IMG/VR virus record: IMGVR_UViG_3300026097_001455 | Location: 16,862-80,861 of that record | Length of the DNA stretch: 64,000 bases | Origin: a virus | Direction: 5' to 3' (one strand) | In this document: positions 35,794 to 46,028 of the stretch, piece after piece | How positions within the stretch are numbered: the stretch's first letter is position 1 | Layout of the letters: each line of letters begins with the position of its first letter | Made by a program: the position numbers and the translations under genes | The notes under the pieces: model-generated | Told to the model about the DNA's origin: nothing | The model's database searches: none | The model's input: the letters and a program-made list of their open reading frames with translations, nothing else

Positions 35794-38277
35794 ATGGCAA
35801 CACCAGCAGAAACAGCAACCACTATATCTTTAGCATTCAGTCCAGGGGAACAAATATTGTTTGCACCAACTGGGTCTGAGTCTATTTTTACATTTGGTGA
35901 TTATAGAGTAGAAAGAGATGGTGGGCCAGATATATTAACTGGCACTTCTCAGAATTTGCAGTTTACGCCATTCTCTACGCTTAACAACTTAGGTGCATCT
36001 GGATTCAGCCCAAATTTTTCAGTATCAGTTCAGAACAACGAGCTTAAACCAGTACATAAAGACCCATACAGCTACACCTATTTTGGCTCATTCTACACTG
36101 AAGTTGCAAACGCAATAAACAACGTAATTAATGATTTTCCTTATGCAGCTCTTGCATACGACAGTTTTGAGGGGGATACGATTATAGATTACAGCCAGAC
36201 ATTCAATAACATAACTGGACAGAAACTTTCTACTTTTAAAGTTCCGCTAGATGTAGTAACAAATCAAGGGTTTATACTATTCGGCTCTGGCTCTCCAATT
36301 AACAATGCAGTAAGCTTAATGACAAACACAAATATGTTTGAAATTCAACTTAGTGGAGCTACAACTGCAAAGACGGATTCTTATGAAATAAAGTCATATT
36401 CTTTTACAGCTGGTACTACAAATATATTAGAGTTTGAAATATACGGGCACTTGTTTGAGGATGCTACAGAAGCATATACTGGACAGACTAATAGCAAATT
36501 ACCTCTTTATATAAGACCCTCAAGAAAGAGGATGACAGAGTATAATAGAAGTATATCAAGAATAGAGAAGCAATTACTTGGCTCTGGTCTTCTTGATATT
36601 CCAGATGTAGATGACGAAAAAAGAGAATGGACATATAGGGTTCCGTGGCCTAGAACAATTGACGGATTTAACCCAGACACAAGAGGTGCAAACTTTGAGA
36701 CTTTTAAAGATAATGTATTACTTCTTGCTGGCAATGTAGATATGGATAAGACTGACATCATGTTAAAGACTATGTTGCCAGACAACTATCTTCAGTTTGA
36801 TTCAGATCAGCAGATATACAAAAAATTAACTTCATCATATGCTAAACAATTCGATGAGATCAAGAATTTCATTGATAACATGGCGTATGCTCACACTATC
36901 ACATATAATGAGGAAGAAAATATACCTGACAAATTCTTGGTTAAACTAAGTAATTTGTTAGGATGGAAGCTTTCTAGTACTTTTAACGAGATAGACTTGT
37001 TTGATTACTTAGCAAATGATCAAGACTTACAAGGAAATCAATATGCTTATTACAACATAGAGCTGTGGAAGAGAATTTTAATTAATATAAATTGGCTATA
37101 CAAGAGAAAAGGTACTAGAGATGCGCTTCAGTTTTTATTTAAACTAATGGGTGCTCCAGACTGTCTTATAGTATTTAATGAATTTATATATGAAATTGAT
37201 TCTACTTTATCATCTGGCACAACAGTTCCAATAGGAACTCCTCCAAGTAGTCTTAAGACAAATCCTAGAGGCTACCCAAACTATGAGTGGAGTAATTTAG
37301 AGTTTCAAGAAGGAGGTTTAGGAAGAGGTACTGGTCAGGCGTACATAAATCAGTGGGAACCAGAATTTAATCCATTAAAAAAGGTAGATAACATCAAAGT
37401 TCAGGTTGGAGATACTGGATTTACTGGGAGTGAAAACATAATGAACACCAAGGAGCTTTGTGCAACTTTGGACCCTGCTAACGCAATTGAGTGTGACGTT
37501 TTTGATTGGTATAAGCTAAGTGGTACTTGCTGGGTTTGGGGAAGTTCTGCCCCACCATTTAGTGCAAATACAGTTCCGTTCGAATATGCTATTGATGATT
37601 GTGAATTTGTTAATCCAGATAGAATTACTGGAATGACGTTCAATGATTACATGGAGTTTATTTACACATCAAACATTGACCCTACGAATAGAAAAACTAA
37701 TGACCAGGGACATACGATGTTTACATATCCTGAGCTGAAGAAGATTTATATGAACTATTATTTGTTAGCCGAACCTCAATCAAATAGGCTAACAATAAAG
37801 AAGCTTGAGGCATTTCTTGATCTTATGGAGGTTAATTTCCAGGATTATCTACTTCAACTTATACCTGCTACAACTATTCTTGAATGTCAAGGGACTACAT
37901 ACAGAAACACTGTATTTCATAGACAAAAATTTGTTTACAAGGACGGTATAAACAAAGGTTCAGAATTTCAAAATTCTTTACCTCCAGATATTAGGCCAGG
38001 TGTAACACCTATAAAGGTAACCTCTAAAGTTAATGATTTCCAAAAAGCAACTATTAATCCGATAGTCATAAATTCAGACGTTAGTCAAGGAATAAGATCA
38101 TCAGTTAACGCAATAGAGATAAAAGGTTATATTAACGTAAATAATATAGGTACAGGTATTGAAGGTTTCGATGTATCTGGAGATATTAATCTGCCGAGCG
38201 GAAGTTCTAGTCTATCTCTGTCAAACGCCCCAGTTAGAATATCTCAACCAGCAAATCTAGCAGGGCTAAGCTCATAA
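35794..38277 (+). CDS. Baseplate wedge protein (P2 gpI / T4 gp7-like motif)
   Basis: IPDKFLVKLSNLLGW...WLYKRKGTRDALQFLFKLMG. Confidence 0.65.
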   Translation: MATPAETATTISLAFSPGEQILFAPTGSESIFTFGDYRVERDGGPDILTGTSQNLQFTPFSTLNNLGASGFSPNFSVSVQNNELKPVHKDPYSYTYFGSFYTEVANAINNVINDFPYAALAYDSFEGDTIIDYSQTFNNITGQKLSTFKVPLDVVTNQGFILFGSGSPINNAVSLMTNTNMFEIQLSGATTAKTDSYEIKSYSFTAGTTNILEFEIYGHLFEDATEAYTGQTNSKLPLYIRPSRKRMTEYNRSISRIEKQLLGSGLLDIPDVDDEKREWTYRVPWPRTIDGFNPDTRGANFETFKDNVLLLAGNVDMDKTDIMLKTMLPDNYLQFDSDQQIYKKLTSSYAKQFDEIKNFIDNMAYAHTITYNEEENIPDKFLVKLSNLLGWKLSSTFNEIDLFDYLANDQDLQGNQYAYYNIELWKRILININWLYKRKGTRDALQFLFKLMGAPDCLIVFNEFIYEIDSTLSSGTTVPIGTPPSSLKTNPRGYPNYEWSNLEFQEGGLGRGTGQAYINQWEPEFNPLKKVDNIKVQVGDTGFTGSENIMNTKELCATLDPANAIECDVFDWYKLSGTCWVWGSSAPPFSANTVPFEYAIDDCEFVNPDRITGMTFNDYMEFIYTSNIDPTNRKTNDQGHTMFTYPELKKIYMNYYLLAEPQSNRLTIKKLEAFLDLMEVNFQDYLLQLIPATTILECQGTTYRNTVFHRQKFVYKDGINKGSEFQNSLPPDIRPGVTPIKVTSKVNDFQKATINPIVINSDVSQGIRSSVNAIEIKGYINVNNIGTGIEGFDVSGDINLPSGSSSLSLSNAPVRISQPANLAGLSS

Positions 38278-38292
38278 TGTAATAATATATAA

Positions 38293-40008
38293 ATGATAAT
38301 AAGACAGTCCATACAACAAACAACAGGAACAAGCAATGATGTAGTGCAAGCTTTTTACCAAAACATCTTTGTAAGATACACAGAAGTATCTATTACACCT
38401 GCTATATTTGATGTGCCTGAGTACACCACTCTTGGTGGCACAACAGATTACTATGGACAGGACCCTAAGGCTATATTTACAAATCTAGTAAAGCCTTTTA
38501 TTAGGTTTAATTTTTCTGAAAACACATCCAGTTTCGGTAATAATGTAAAAATAATACATGACATATATAGGGTAGATTGGGAGAATTTCAAAATGGCTAC
38601 TGGAAGGTTCAAGGTTGAGGGCGAGGAGAATGTTCAGAATCAAAATACTATTACCGAGACTATAGAGGAAACTGATGACAGCGGTAATGTTAGCAGGAAA
38701 ACGATTACAAGAAATATTACTGAGACAAAAAACACAGTTAGATCAAAAGATTCTTCTATTGGAGGTGATTCGTGTGATGTTAATAGTGAAGGCCAGACCA
38801 TAGATACTTCAGCTCCAATGGTTGATGATGCTAATATATTTGATTCCATGAAGGACTCTTATAGAGCGACAATTCAAGATCAGTTATCAGAACCAATATA
38901 CACAATTACAGCAGATACAACAGGTATTACTACAAGTGTATATGATTTTCAGCCAGATCAGTATATAAAAAATCTTGGTGACTTTAAGACAGAGCTATTT
39001 CAAGATCGTGCACAATACTTTGTTGATACAAGATTTGAGTTCAAATTTGCAACTCCTGAACTTAGTAATTTCATAACTATAAATGACAATGGAGATGTTG
39101 TTGATGGTACATATAGTGCTATAAAAACTGGAACTACAGAGACTACTGGAGGAACAATTGATAGAGGTGAGTTTGAAGGCATTTCGTTTAAAGGAGATGA
39201 TTACTTTACATATTTTACTGTTCCAGATAAGCCAACATTTGAATATCCAACTCCAGAAGGACAAATAGATACATTCACTCCAGAAATATACTGGACAAAC
39301 GGAGAGAATGATATTGATGAATATTTAGTTCAAGTTACATATAACACTGGAGATACTGCATTTACTGGAAGTGTGTTTTCTTATGTAGTTCCTAGATGTG
39401 ACGAATTAAAAGAAGAGGCTACAAACATAAGCAAAAACTCAACTAACGATTTTGAAACCACAAAAACAATAAGAAAATATCAACTTTCTCTTAAGTCAAA
39501 TAGCTGCGCACTTTATAGGGTTGGTAATGTTAAGACTATTACGAATATATTTGGCGTCAAACAGAATGTTGTCACCTTCTCTGATCACAAGCAGATATGT
39601 ACTCAAATAGAACCTATTAGGTCATATGTGTTTGTTGAAAACGATAGCCCTTACGTAGAAGGTATAGCTGGCCTCACCAGCCCTCCTTCTCTAATCGCAG
39701 AAAACCCTCTTGGGGAGTATGTACTTAGTGGAACAGTTTCTGGCTCTACTATAGAAGGAGCTACAATGCAGCTTATATATCCTAACGGAAGCTTTGTGAC
39801 AACTCTGACTGATAGTGGTGGCACATTCTCATTCGACAGTCTTGAAGATGGTGAGTATACTCTTAATACAACATACAGAGGTTATGCATCAGATAGCAGA
39901 ACTATCAATATTACTGAAGACACTGGAGTATTCATAGAAATAGAAATAAGATGGGATAATGAATTTGATATTTGGGCTGTTAAAGAAAATGACATAATTA
40001 AATATTAA
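38293..40008 (+). CDS. Virion protein with C-terminal carboxypeptidase-regulatory-like (Ig-like) domain
   Basis: LSGTVSG...TLTDSGGTFSFDSLEDGEYTLNTTYRGY. Confidence 0.6.
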   Translation: MIIRQSIQQTTGTSNDVVQAFYQNIFVRYTEVSITPAIFDVPEYTTLGGTTDYYGQDPKAIFTNLVKPFIRFNFSENTSSFGNNVKIIHDIYRVDWENFKMATGRFKVEGEENVQNQNTITETIEETDDSGNVSRKTITRNITETKNTVRSKDSSIGGDSCDVNSEGQTIDTSAPMVDDANIFDSMKDSYRATIQDQLSEPIYTITADTTGITTSVYDFQPDQYIKNLGDFKTELFQDRAQYFVDTRFEFKFATPELSNFITINDNGDVVDGTYSAIKTGTTETTGGTIDRGEFEGISFKGDDYFTYFTVPDKPTFEYPTPEGQIDTFTPEIYWTNGENDIDEYLVQVTYNTGDTAFTGSVFSYVVPRCDELKEEATNISKNSTNDFETTKTIRKYQLSLKSNSCALYRVGNVKTITNIFGVKQNVVTFSDHKQICTQIEPIRSYVFVENDSPYVEGIAGLTSPPSLIAENPLGEYVLSGTVSGSTIEGATMQLIYPNGSFVTTLTDSGGTFSFDSLEDGEYTLNTTYRGYASDSRTINITEDTGVFIEIEIRWDNEFDIWAVKENDIIKY

Positions 40009-40038
40009 GAAGACTATTTATAAGAAACTAATTAAAAG

Positions 40039-40983
40039 ATGACTGGCGAATTAATACCTACTGGCATAACCTTCGGAACAGGGAGGAAATCTATAAACAC
40101 TTCTTTTAGTGGAACTGCTGAATTGAATAATATTCAACTTGACCCAGGGGGTGATTTTTCTGGTGGTACTGGAGGTGGTGTCATCTACTCAGGTGGAACT
40201 GATCTTTATGACATATTTGGCTCAGGAGGTGGTTCTGGAGATATTACCAGAGTTCAGCCAGGAACTAACATCACAACTGGAGGTACTGCGAATTTACCGA
40301 TCATAAGCTTGTCTGACGATATTATAATAAATTCAATATCAGCAACAACAGTATCAGGAGGAACTATTTATTCTGGAGATACAAATCTTGAAAATATATT
40401 TTTAACTATTTCTAACACAAATTTTATACCACTTAGCGGTACAGATGGTGTTAATATTGTAACAGGGGATGTTGAATTTGATGATGACTTTGGGTTAACT
40501 TGGCACACTGGCTTAGATTCTATTGTATACGGAAGCGCAACAGGCTTAATAGAGGTGAACTCAAGTTTGGGGTTTGACTTCTCAACTGGAGCTATATTAT
40601 CTGCAGGAACTGATTTATATAGTATATTCTGCACTGATTGCAGTACAGGAACTACAGCTTCTGAAACAACATTTGACTTTAAAGCAGTTGGTGGGGCACT
40701 AGACTGGGATGTTGATGGAAGTTCTTTGAATGCTAAATTTGTAATTACCGCAAATACTACTTTAAATGTTGTTAATGTAAATTCTGGTGATTTTGGTACT
40801 CTTAAAATAACTCAAGATGTAGCTGGGGGTCATGAATTAACATTTGGTGTTGGTACACATAAAGTTGTGAATGGAGGTAGTGGTTCAGTATCACTTACAT
40901 CAGCAGGAGGAGCAATAGATGTTATATCATTCTTTTATGATGGAACCGAATTTTTATGGAGCCCAGGATATAATTATACTTAA
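40039..40983 (+). CDS. Tail fibre-like protein
   Basis: IYSGGTDLYDIF-type repeats; C-terminal LKITQDVAGGHELTF...AIDVISFFYDGT domain. Confidence 0.65.
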   Translation: MTGELIPTGITFGTGRKSINTSFSGTAELNNIQLDPGGDFSGGTGGGVIYSGGTDLYDIFGSGGGSGDITRVQPGTNITTGGTANLPIISLSDDIIINSISATTVSGGTIYSGDTNLENIFLTISNTNFIPLSGTDGVNIVTGDVEFDDDFGLTWHTGLDSIVYGSATGLIEVNSSLGFDFSTGAILSAGTDLYSIFCTDCSTGTTASETTFDFKAVGGALDWDVDGSSLNAKFVITANTTLNVVNVNSGDFGTLKITQDVAGGHELTFGVGTHKVVNGGSGSVSLTSAGGAIDVISFFYDGTEFLWSPGYNYT

Positions 40984-40992
40984 TAGCAGTTG

Positions 40993-41236
40993 ATGTGGGG
41001 TGAAAATTCACATTTTTATATAAACAACAAAAATAGGTGAAAGCTTTATCTTTTCAACTAATTCCGATAGAAGTGCCACACCTTACCCCATAGCAAGCAT
41101 GTTATCAGGTAAAAGTTTTAGGCGGGACTTTGGAGGTGGGACTAGATCAATCGCTTCTGGCCCAACAAAAATTTACTCAGATTCAGGTGGTACAAAAATG
41201 TTCTACTTTCTTTTGATAGAGCTAAAAAAACAACCC
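40993..41236 (+). pseudogene. Possible frameshifted remnant of a fibre/receptor-binding gene
   Basis: ATG 40993 (MWGENSHFYINNK) closes quickly; the +1 frame reads ...ATPYPIASMLSGKSF...GPTKIYSDSGGTKMFY, similar to phage beta-propeller repeats. Confidence 0.35.
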
Positions 41237-42118
41237 TTAAAGAGTTCCTCCGTTGGCTATCTCAAAGAATGTTTGAGCATTATTAATACTTGTCCTCTGT
41301 TCTTTAATATCAACCTCTCCGCTACTGAACTGCTTCTTTCTAGTAAGAAGATTATATTGCCTAAATAAGTTTCCGTTTTCATCGAATATAGAATACACAC
41401 CAGTCTCAAGGTCTCTTGTAGAATTACCATAAAGAGCATATGATAACGTCTTGATAGACTGGTCCACCATTTCAACCTCAACCATAACTGGGTCAAAAAA
41501 AGTGTTAGATAATAGTATTTCTTGACCAGATTTTCCGAGATCAGGACTTATCTCACTTGTAATAAGACTTACTTCATCTGGCGTAAGTGTTAGGAATAGT
41601 TGATTTCCGTTTGGGTCAAGCACATAATTTGTTGAACTTGCGTTAGATGTGTTGTTACTTGGGTTTACGCTAACTAAGTCTGAACTTGTAACAATTCTAT
41701 GAAAATTTTTAATCTTATTACCGTTGTCATCAAAATACTCAATTTGATAGCCTACAAGACTACCTGAACTCTGAAACTGGAGCTTTGGTATGATTATACC
41801 TTTTTTAGATAGCTGTATCTCCTGATCATTATTGGTAATAACAAATGAACAATCGACTATTTGCGTCTGAAATGTTTTTGGTCTAATTAGTATAGAATAA
41901 AAACCAAGTCTATTAAATATTGATGCTGGAAGTCTTAACTTATAGGCTCCGTCCGCTCCAATCATTTTTCTAAGCTCATTGTTGGTAACCGTGTTGTACA
42001 TCGGTTGAAACTGAGTGTCACCGAGCGTTTCTCTGTCTGGAGCATATGAATATAGGATGTCAACATCATTAAAGTCAACATCAGCTAATTTAACCATTCC
42101 GTAAGTTCCTACTGCCAT
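41237..42118 (-). CDS. Probable baseplate/virion protein
   Basis: 293 aa, late motif at 42135-42142, structural context. Confidence 0.6.
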   Translation of the reverse strand: MAVGTYGMVKLADVDFNDVDILYSYAPDRETLGDTQFQPMYNTVTNNELRKMIGADGAYKLRLPASIFNRLGFYSILIRPKTFQTQIVDCSFVITNNDQEIQLSKKGIIIPKLQFQSSGSLVGYQIEYFDDNGNKIKNFHRIVTSSDLVSVNPSNNTSNASSTNYVLDPNGNQLFLTLTPDEVSLITSEISPDLGKSGQEILLSNTFFDPVMVEVEMVDQSIKTLSYALYGNSTRDLETGVYSIFDENGNLFRQYNLLTRKKQFSSGEVDIKEQRTSINNAQTFFEIANGGTL

Positions 42119-42163
42119 AACATCTTTTGTTTAATATAAATATTCTTAGAAAAAAAATAAAGA

Positions 42164-42481
42164 TTAACGATCTACTCCAAGTATAGTATCTATTAGTGTA
42201 AATCCAGAATCGTCATCTGAATCGTCATCCGAATCATTATTGAAGTTAGTTCCTAGCAAGTCAATATTAAATGATGGTAGTAAATTGACGTCTGGGGTAT
42301 CATCATCTTCATTAGACTGGCCTCCACCTCCTAGTCCGCCTAAGTCAATAGGAGCTTGTAGATCAACATCAGGAATTAAAGCTCCAGGCTGATTTTCTGT
42401 ATCTATTGTTGTATTTACATTTTCATCTAACTCTAAGTTTAGATCAACAAACCCTTGTAATATTGTGTGTATTCTTGCCAT
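42164..42481 (-). CDS. Acidic low-complexity protein
   Basis: ATG 42481 directly after the upstream stop; D/G/L-rich. Confidence 0.55.
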   Translation of the reverse strand: MARIHTILQGFVDLNLELDENVNTTIDTENQPGALIPDVDLQAPIDLGGLGGGGQSNEDDDTPDVNLLPSFNIDLLGTNFNNDSDDDSDDDSGFTLIDTILGVDR

Positions 42482-42482
42482 A

Positions 42483-43412
42483 TTAATTTCTTGTTTGAGC
42501 ACCTGGGTCAACTCCTCCTATTACTGAGCCTGTTCCTGTTCCTGAGCCTCCTCCAGAGCTTATTGGTCCTGATGGCTGGCTTGGCTCAGGTTCTCCAGCA
42601 CCTGGCTCAGGCTCACTACCGCCAGAGTCATCTCCTGAATCATCATTTATACCTGGTGGTATTATAATTTCTACATCAATAACTTCAAAATCACCGCCAT
42701 CATCTCCATCATCGTTATCACCACCCAAATCAAGCTCTGTTATTGGGTCTAAAGGAGCTATTATTTCTGGTAGGTCTCCAAAATCATTACCACCCCCATC
42801 TGGCTGAAACTCTTCGATTATAGCCTGTATGTTATCGAAAAAAAACTTTTGCCTATCCATCATTCCAGAGCTTCTCTTTATGTGAACTGGTACATAATAG
42901 CTTTCGTCTGTACTATATGTTGTTAAGGCAGAATAAACTCTAAAATTCCTAGTACCCTGATCAATACTTTGCGGCAAATAGTTAAGGTACTTTCCAAAAG
43001 AAACTCCATCATAATTATAAACCATATTTTCTACAACTGTTATACCAGTTGTTCCAGTTAGCGCCCCAACTATAGCTGTACCAGATGGAACTTGATTGTT
43101 TATAACGCTTGATTCGTAGTATTCATTAAACACAGTAGCTATCTTCAAATCACTATTCCATATTTCAGCAAATTCAATAGTCGTTGTACTGGCAGTTAAA
43201 TAAGAAAAGAAATCATTAATTATTCTCTCGTTGTTTTCATCATTTAAAAAACCTCTAATATTATCTTCATTAACAACTCCGCCACCTAATCCTTGGATAT
43301 TATTTACCTGATACTGGTTAATATCCTGAAGAGCTGAGTCAGTTGCTATTTCTGGAGCTGTTGTACCAGAAGAAAACCTTGGATTAAGTAATATAGTGTG
43401 CCTTTGAATCAT
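42483..43412 (-). CDS. Probable virion protein with disordered G/D/P tail
   Basis: 309 aa. Confidence 0.6.
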   Translation of the reverse strand: MIQRHTILLNPRFSSGTTAPEIATDSALQDINQYQVNNIQGLGGGVVNEDNIRGFLNDENNERIINDFFSYLTASTTTIEFAEIWNSDLKIATVFNEYYESSVINNQVPSGTAIVGALTGTTGITVVENMVYNYDGVSFGKYLNYLPQSIDQGTRNFRVYSALTTYSTDESYYVPVHIKRSSGMMDRQKFFFDNIQAIIEEFQPDGGGNDFGDLPEIIAPLDPITELDLGGDNDDGDDGGDFEVIDVEIIIPPGINDDSGDDSGGSEPEPGAGEPEPSQPSGPISSGGGSGTGTGSVIGGVDPGAQTRN

Positions 43413-43927
43413 TATTTGTTAATATCTATATTGAAATAATCTGCTTTAGAGATAATGTGATCAGCCTGAAGCGTTAGTACATCAAGATCATCAAGAGTGG
43501 TTTCAGAAGAAGTTCCTCTATTCCAAGGGAATTCGTTGATTCCTATGGCATCAAACCATTCTCTAACCTCAGTGTTAGTAAACTCTGCAGTCTCTGGTCT
43601 AACATCTCTGATTTTATTTATCATAGGAGAAGTTAAATCACTACCAAACAAGACTTTGTTTTGATTAATTGAGTCAAAGAAAGATAGCTCAAAAAAATAT
43701 GGGTTGATTTCTTGCCTAACAATAGGTTGTATTTCATCATCCTTATCTATTTGAATGTATTCATACACCTCGTTTGTTCTCTTGATAAAGATTGGAATAT
43801 GGAAGTCGTGTTCTGGAAATCTTTTTTTAACATTTCTGTCATCCCATACAAAATCCCAACACCCTGGGGCTACTAGCTCAGCCTCAACGTATATCTTAAG
43901 TTGTTGTATGTTATCAATCGGTTCCAT
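43412..43927 (-). CDS. Probable virion protein
   Basis: PYFFELSFFDS motif; late motif at 43932-43939. Confidence 0.6.
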   Translation of the reverse strand: MEPIDNIQQLKIYVEAELVAPGCWDFVWDDRNVKKRFPEHDFHIPIFIKRTNEVYEYIQIDKDDEIQPIVRQEINPYFFELSFFDSINQNKVLFGSDLTSPMINKIRDVRPETAEFTNTEVREWFDAIGINEFPWNRGTSSETTLDDLDVLTLQADHIISKADYFNIDINK

Positions 43928-43953
43928 TTGTTATAAATAGTAGCTATTAAAAT

Positions 43954-46026
43954 TTAGGAAAGCACCTTAGACATCTCTATAATATCATAGCAATTTATTA
44001 TTTGAGAAGTAAGAGGGTTTGGTCTAAATTGAGGCGTAAATGCTGGGATTCTTTCATTCTTAGCTTGAGCATCTGTATAACCTTGAACATTTGCTGCTAT
44101 AAAGGCAAGGCCATTTAAGTAATATCCATTAGAATCAAAATCATATGTACTAACGTTACAAACAGATGAGTCATTACTAGGAAGCGATGGAGCATCAACG
44201 TCTCTAATAGGCGTAACTAGGTAATAGTCATTTCCAGAAGTAGATGCAGCTAACGACTGAGCTGGAACGGTTACGCTTTTATAACCCCTCTTATTAATTC
44301 TAAATAAATAATTAGCTACTGTATTGTTATTATCATTAGCATATAACCTAATTTCAAAAGGAATTTGATCTGTTATTTCAAAAACTCTTCCATTTGGATA
44401 ATCTGGGGTATTATCATTTCCTTGCAAGGCCGTTTCAGGATTTAGAAGGCTAGACCCTGGAGCACTAGGTATCCAACCATTTACACTATTGGCTGGATGC
44501 TTGGCCGTAAGGGTAACTTCTGGACCACTCCTACTTATGTTAAATATCCTATCAACACCTATGTCATCAAAAGCGCTTTGAAGTTCATTTTCAAATTCCT
44601 CTGCAGCAAGTCTTATAGGACCTATTTCAACTCCATTAATAAAGAACGTGCTATTATAAACATTAGTTACAAAAAAATTACCAGCACTAACCTCTTTAAA
44701 GTTAAATACCGCTTGTTCTCTTGGTAAAGTGTCATGATCTACGTATTTAGTCTCAATATCTAGCGTTATAGTTTGTCCTGCACCAAAAAATTGTTCACCA
44801 AGAGTAACGCCTGGTATAATGGGGAGGGTTGTTGTATCACCACTGTTTATAATTTCTAACTCAAAGGTATCGTTTGGATAAAATCTGTAATTTTGCTGAA
44901 ATTGACCTATTCCTCCAGCACCAGGTCTTCCTCCAAATGCATTAAGTTCTACTCCAGGTATTCTTGGAGCAAGGCTTTCTTCTTGACTTGATGGGTTGGT
45001 AACAGGAGTTATGTTTTGAATAATCTTTTGAAAATTGAAGTTTACGTATTTCTTTGGCGTCTGGTCAATTATACTTACAGTTGTTGATGGTATGTTAACC
45101 ACTCCGTTATTTAAAGTTACGTTAACTGGGTTGGTAAGATCAAACTTAGCAATTTCTATACTTTTCTCAACAATAAAATCCTCAAGAGAATCAAATGGTA
45201 TAGTTTTATACTGCTCTCCAACAGACCAGTTAAGAGTAACAGGGAATGTTGTTCCAGGAGTATTAAAATCAACGCCAGGAGCTGCATCTGTATAGGTCTC
45301 TACGAAAGATGAAGCTAAATCAATTGTTACGCTTTCATTACCAAATACACTTGGCTCATTGAGGTAAACTCGTATATCTGTACCATTCCCTTCAATCAAC
45401 GTATATGCAGACCTCTCAAAAGAAACATTTCTTGTTTTAATTTCCTCTATCTGAAGGGGTTTTTTAATCCAATGCTTATTGTAGAAAAATGGAAAGTCAT
45501 TCTCTATTGTTGCAAATTGTCCATTAAATCCTATATCAACTGTTTCTGTTCCATAATCAATAAAATCACCATCAGCTCCATAAAACACAAGTTGTTGTTC
45601 AAAAACTTGATCTGCTGTATTAACTCCGTTCCCTTCAATTTTAATCCAAATAGAGTCTGATAACTGATAGTTGTCAAGCTCGATAATATATTTACCATCT
45701 TGTTTTCCGTATACGTTAAAATCACCGTACCCAAGAGAGTTTGTTGTTGTTGCGTAAACTTGACTTGTTAGGCCAGAGTCTGAGTACACTCTAATAGGGA
45801 GATTGTCGCAATCAATTACTGTAGAATCTACTATACCATATATCCTAAAGCTTCTAGATTCATTTCTCTCTTTTCTAAACTGTTCAGCAAGATCAAAGTT
45901 GTTATCATATTTTTCTTTCTTAATCTGCTTAAACGTCTTTTGTAGATTAACATTAAGAAATATGTCATCTAGACCTTTAGCTAAAAAATCTTCACTACCT
46001 AATACTATTTTCTTTTTATCATCCAT
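43954..46026 (-). CDS. Virion protein with Calx-beta-like Ig domain
   Basis: VSFERSAYTLIEGN...VTLNWSVGEQYKTI...DFIVE. Confidence 0.65.
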   Translation of the reverse strand: MDDKKKIVLGSEDFLAKGLDDIFLNVNLQKTFKQIKKEKYDNNFDLAEQFRKERNESRSFRIYGIVDSTVIDCDNLPIRVYSDSGLTSQVYATTTNSLGYGDFNVYGKQDGKYIIELDNYQLSDSIWIKIEGNGVNTADQVFEQQLVFYGADGDFIDYGTETVDIGFNGQFATIENDFPFFYNKHWIKKPLQIEEIKTRNVSFERSAYTLIEGNGTDIRVYLNEPSVFGNESVTIDLASSFVETYTDAAPGVDFNTPGTTFPVTLNWSVGEQYKTIPFDSLEDFIVEKSIEIAKFDLTNPVNVTLNNGVVNIPSTTVSIIDQTPKKYVNFNFQKIIQNITPVTNPSSQEESLAPRIPGVELNAFGGRPGAGGIGQFQQNYRFYPNDTFELEIINSGDTTTLPIIPGVTLGEQFFGAGQTITLDIETKYVDHDTLPREQAVFNFKEVSAGNFFVTNVYNSTFFINGVEIGPIRLAAEEFENELQSAFDDIGVDRIFNISRSGPEVTLTAKHPANSVNGWIPSAPGSSLLNPETALQGNDNTPDYPNGRVFEITDQIPFEIRLYANDNNNTVANYLFRINKRGYKSVTVPAQSLAASTSGNDYYLVTPIRDVDAPSLPSNDSSVCNVSTYDFDSNGYYLNGLAFIAANVQGYTDAQAKNERIPAFTPQFRPNPLTSQIINCYDIIEMSKVLS

Positions 46027-46028
46027 AA

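Noticed and set aside
40984-41236. DGR template repeat
   Set aside because: No reverse transcriptase in the window and no near-identical copy differing at adenines.
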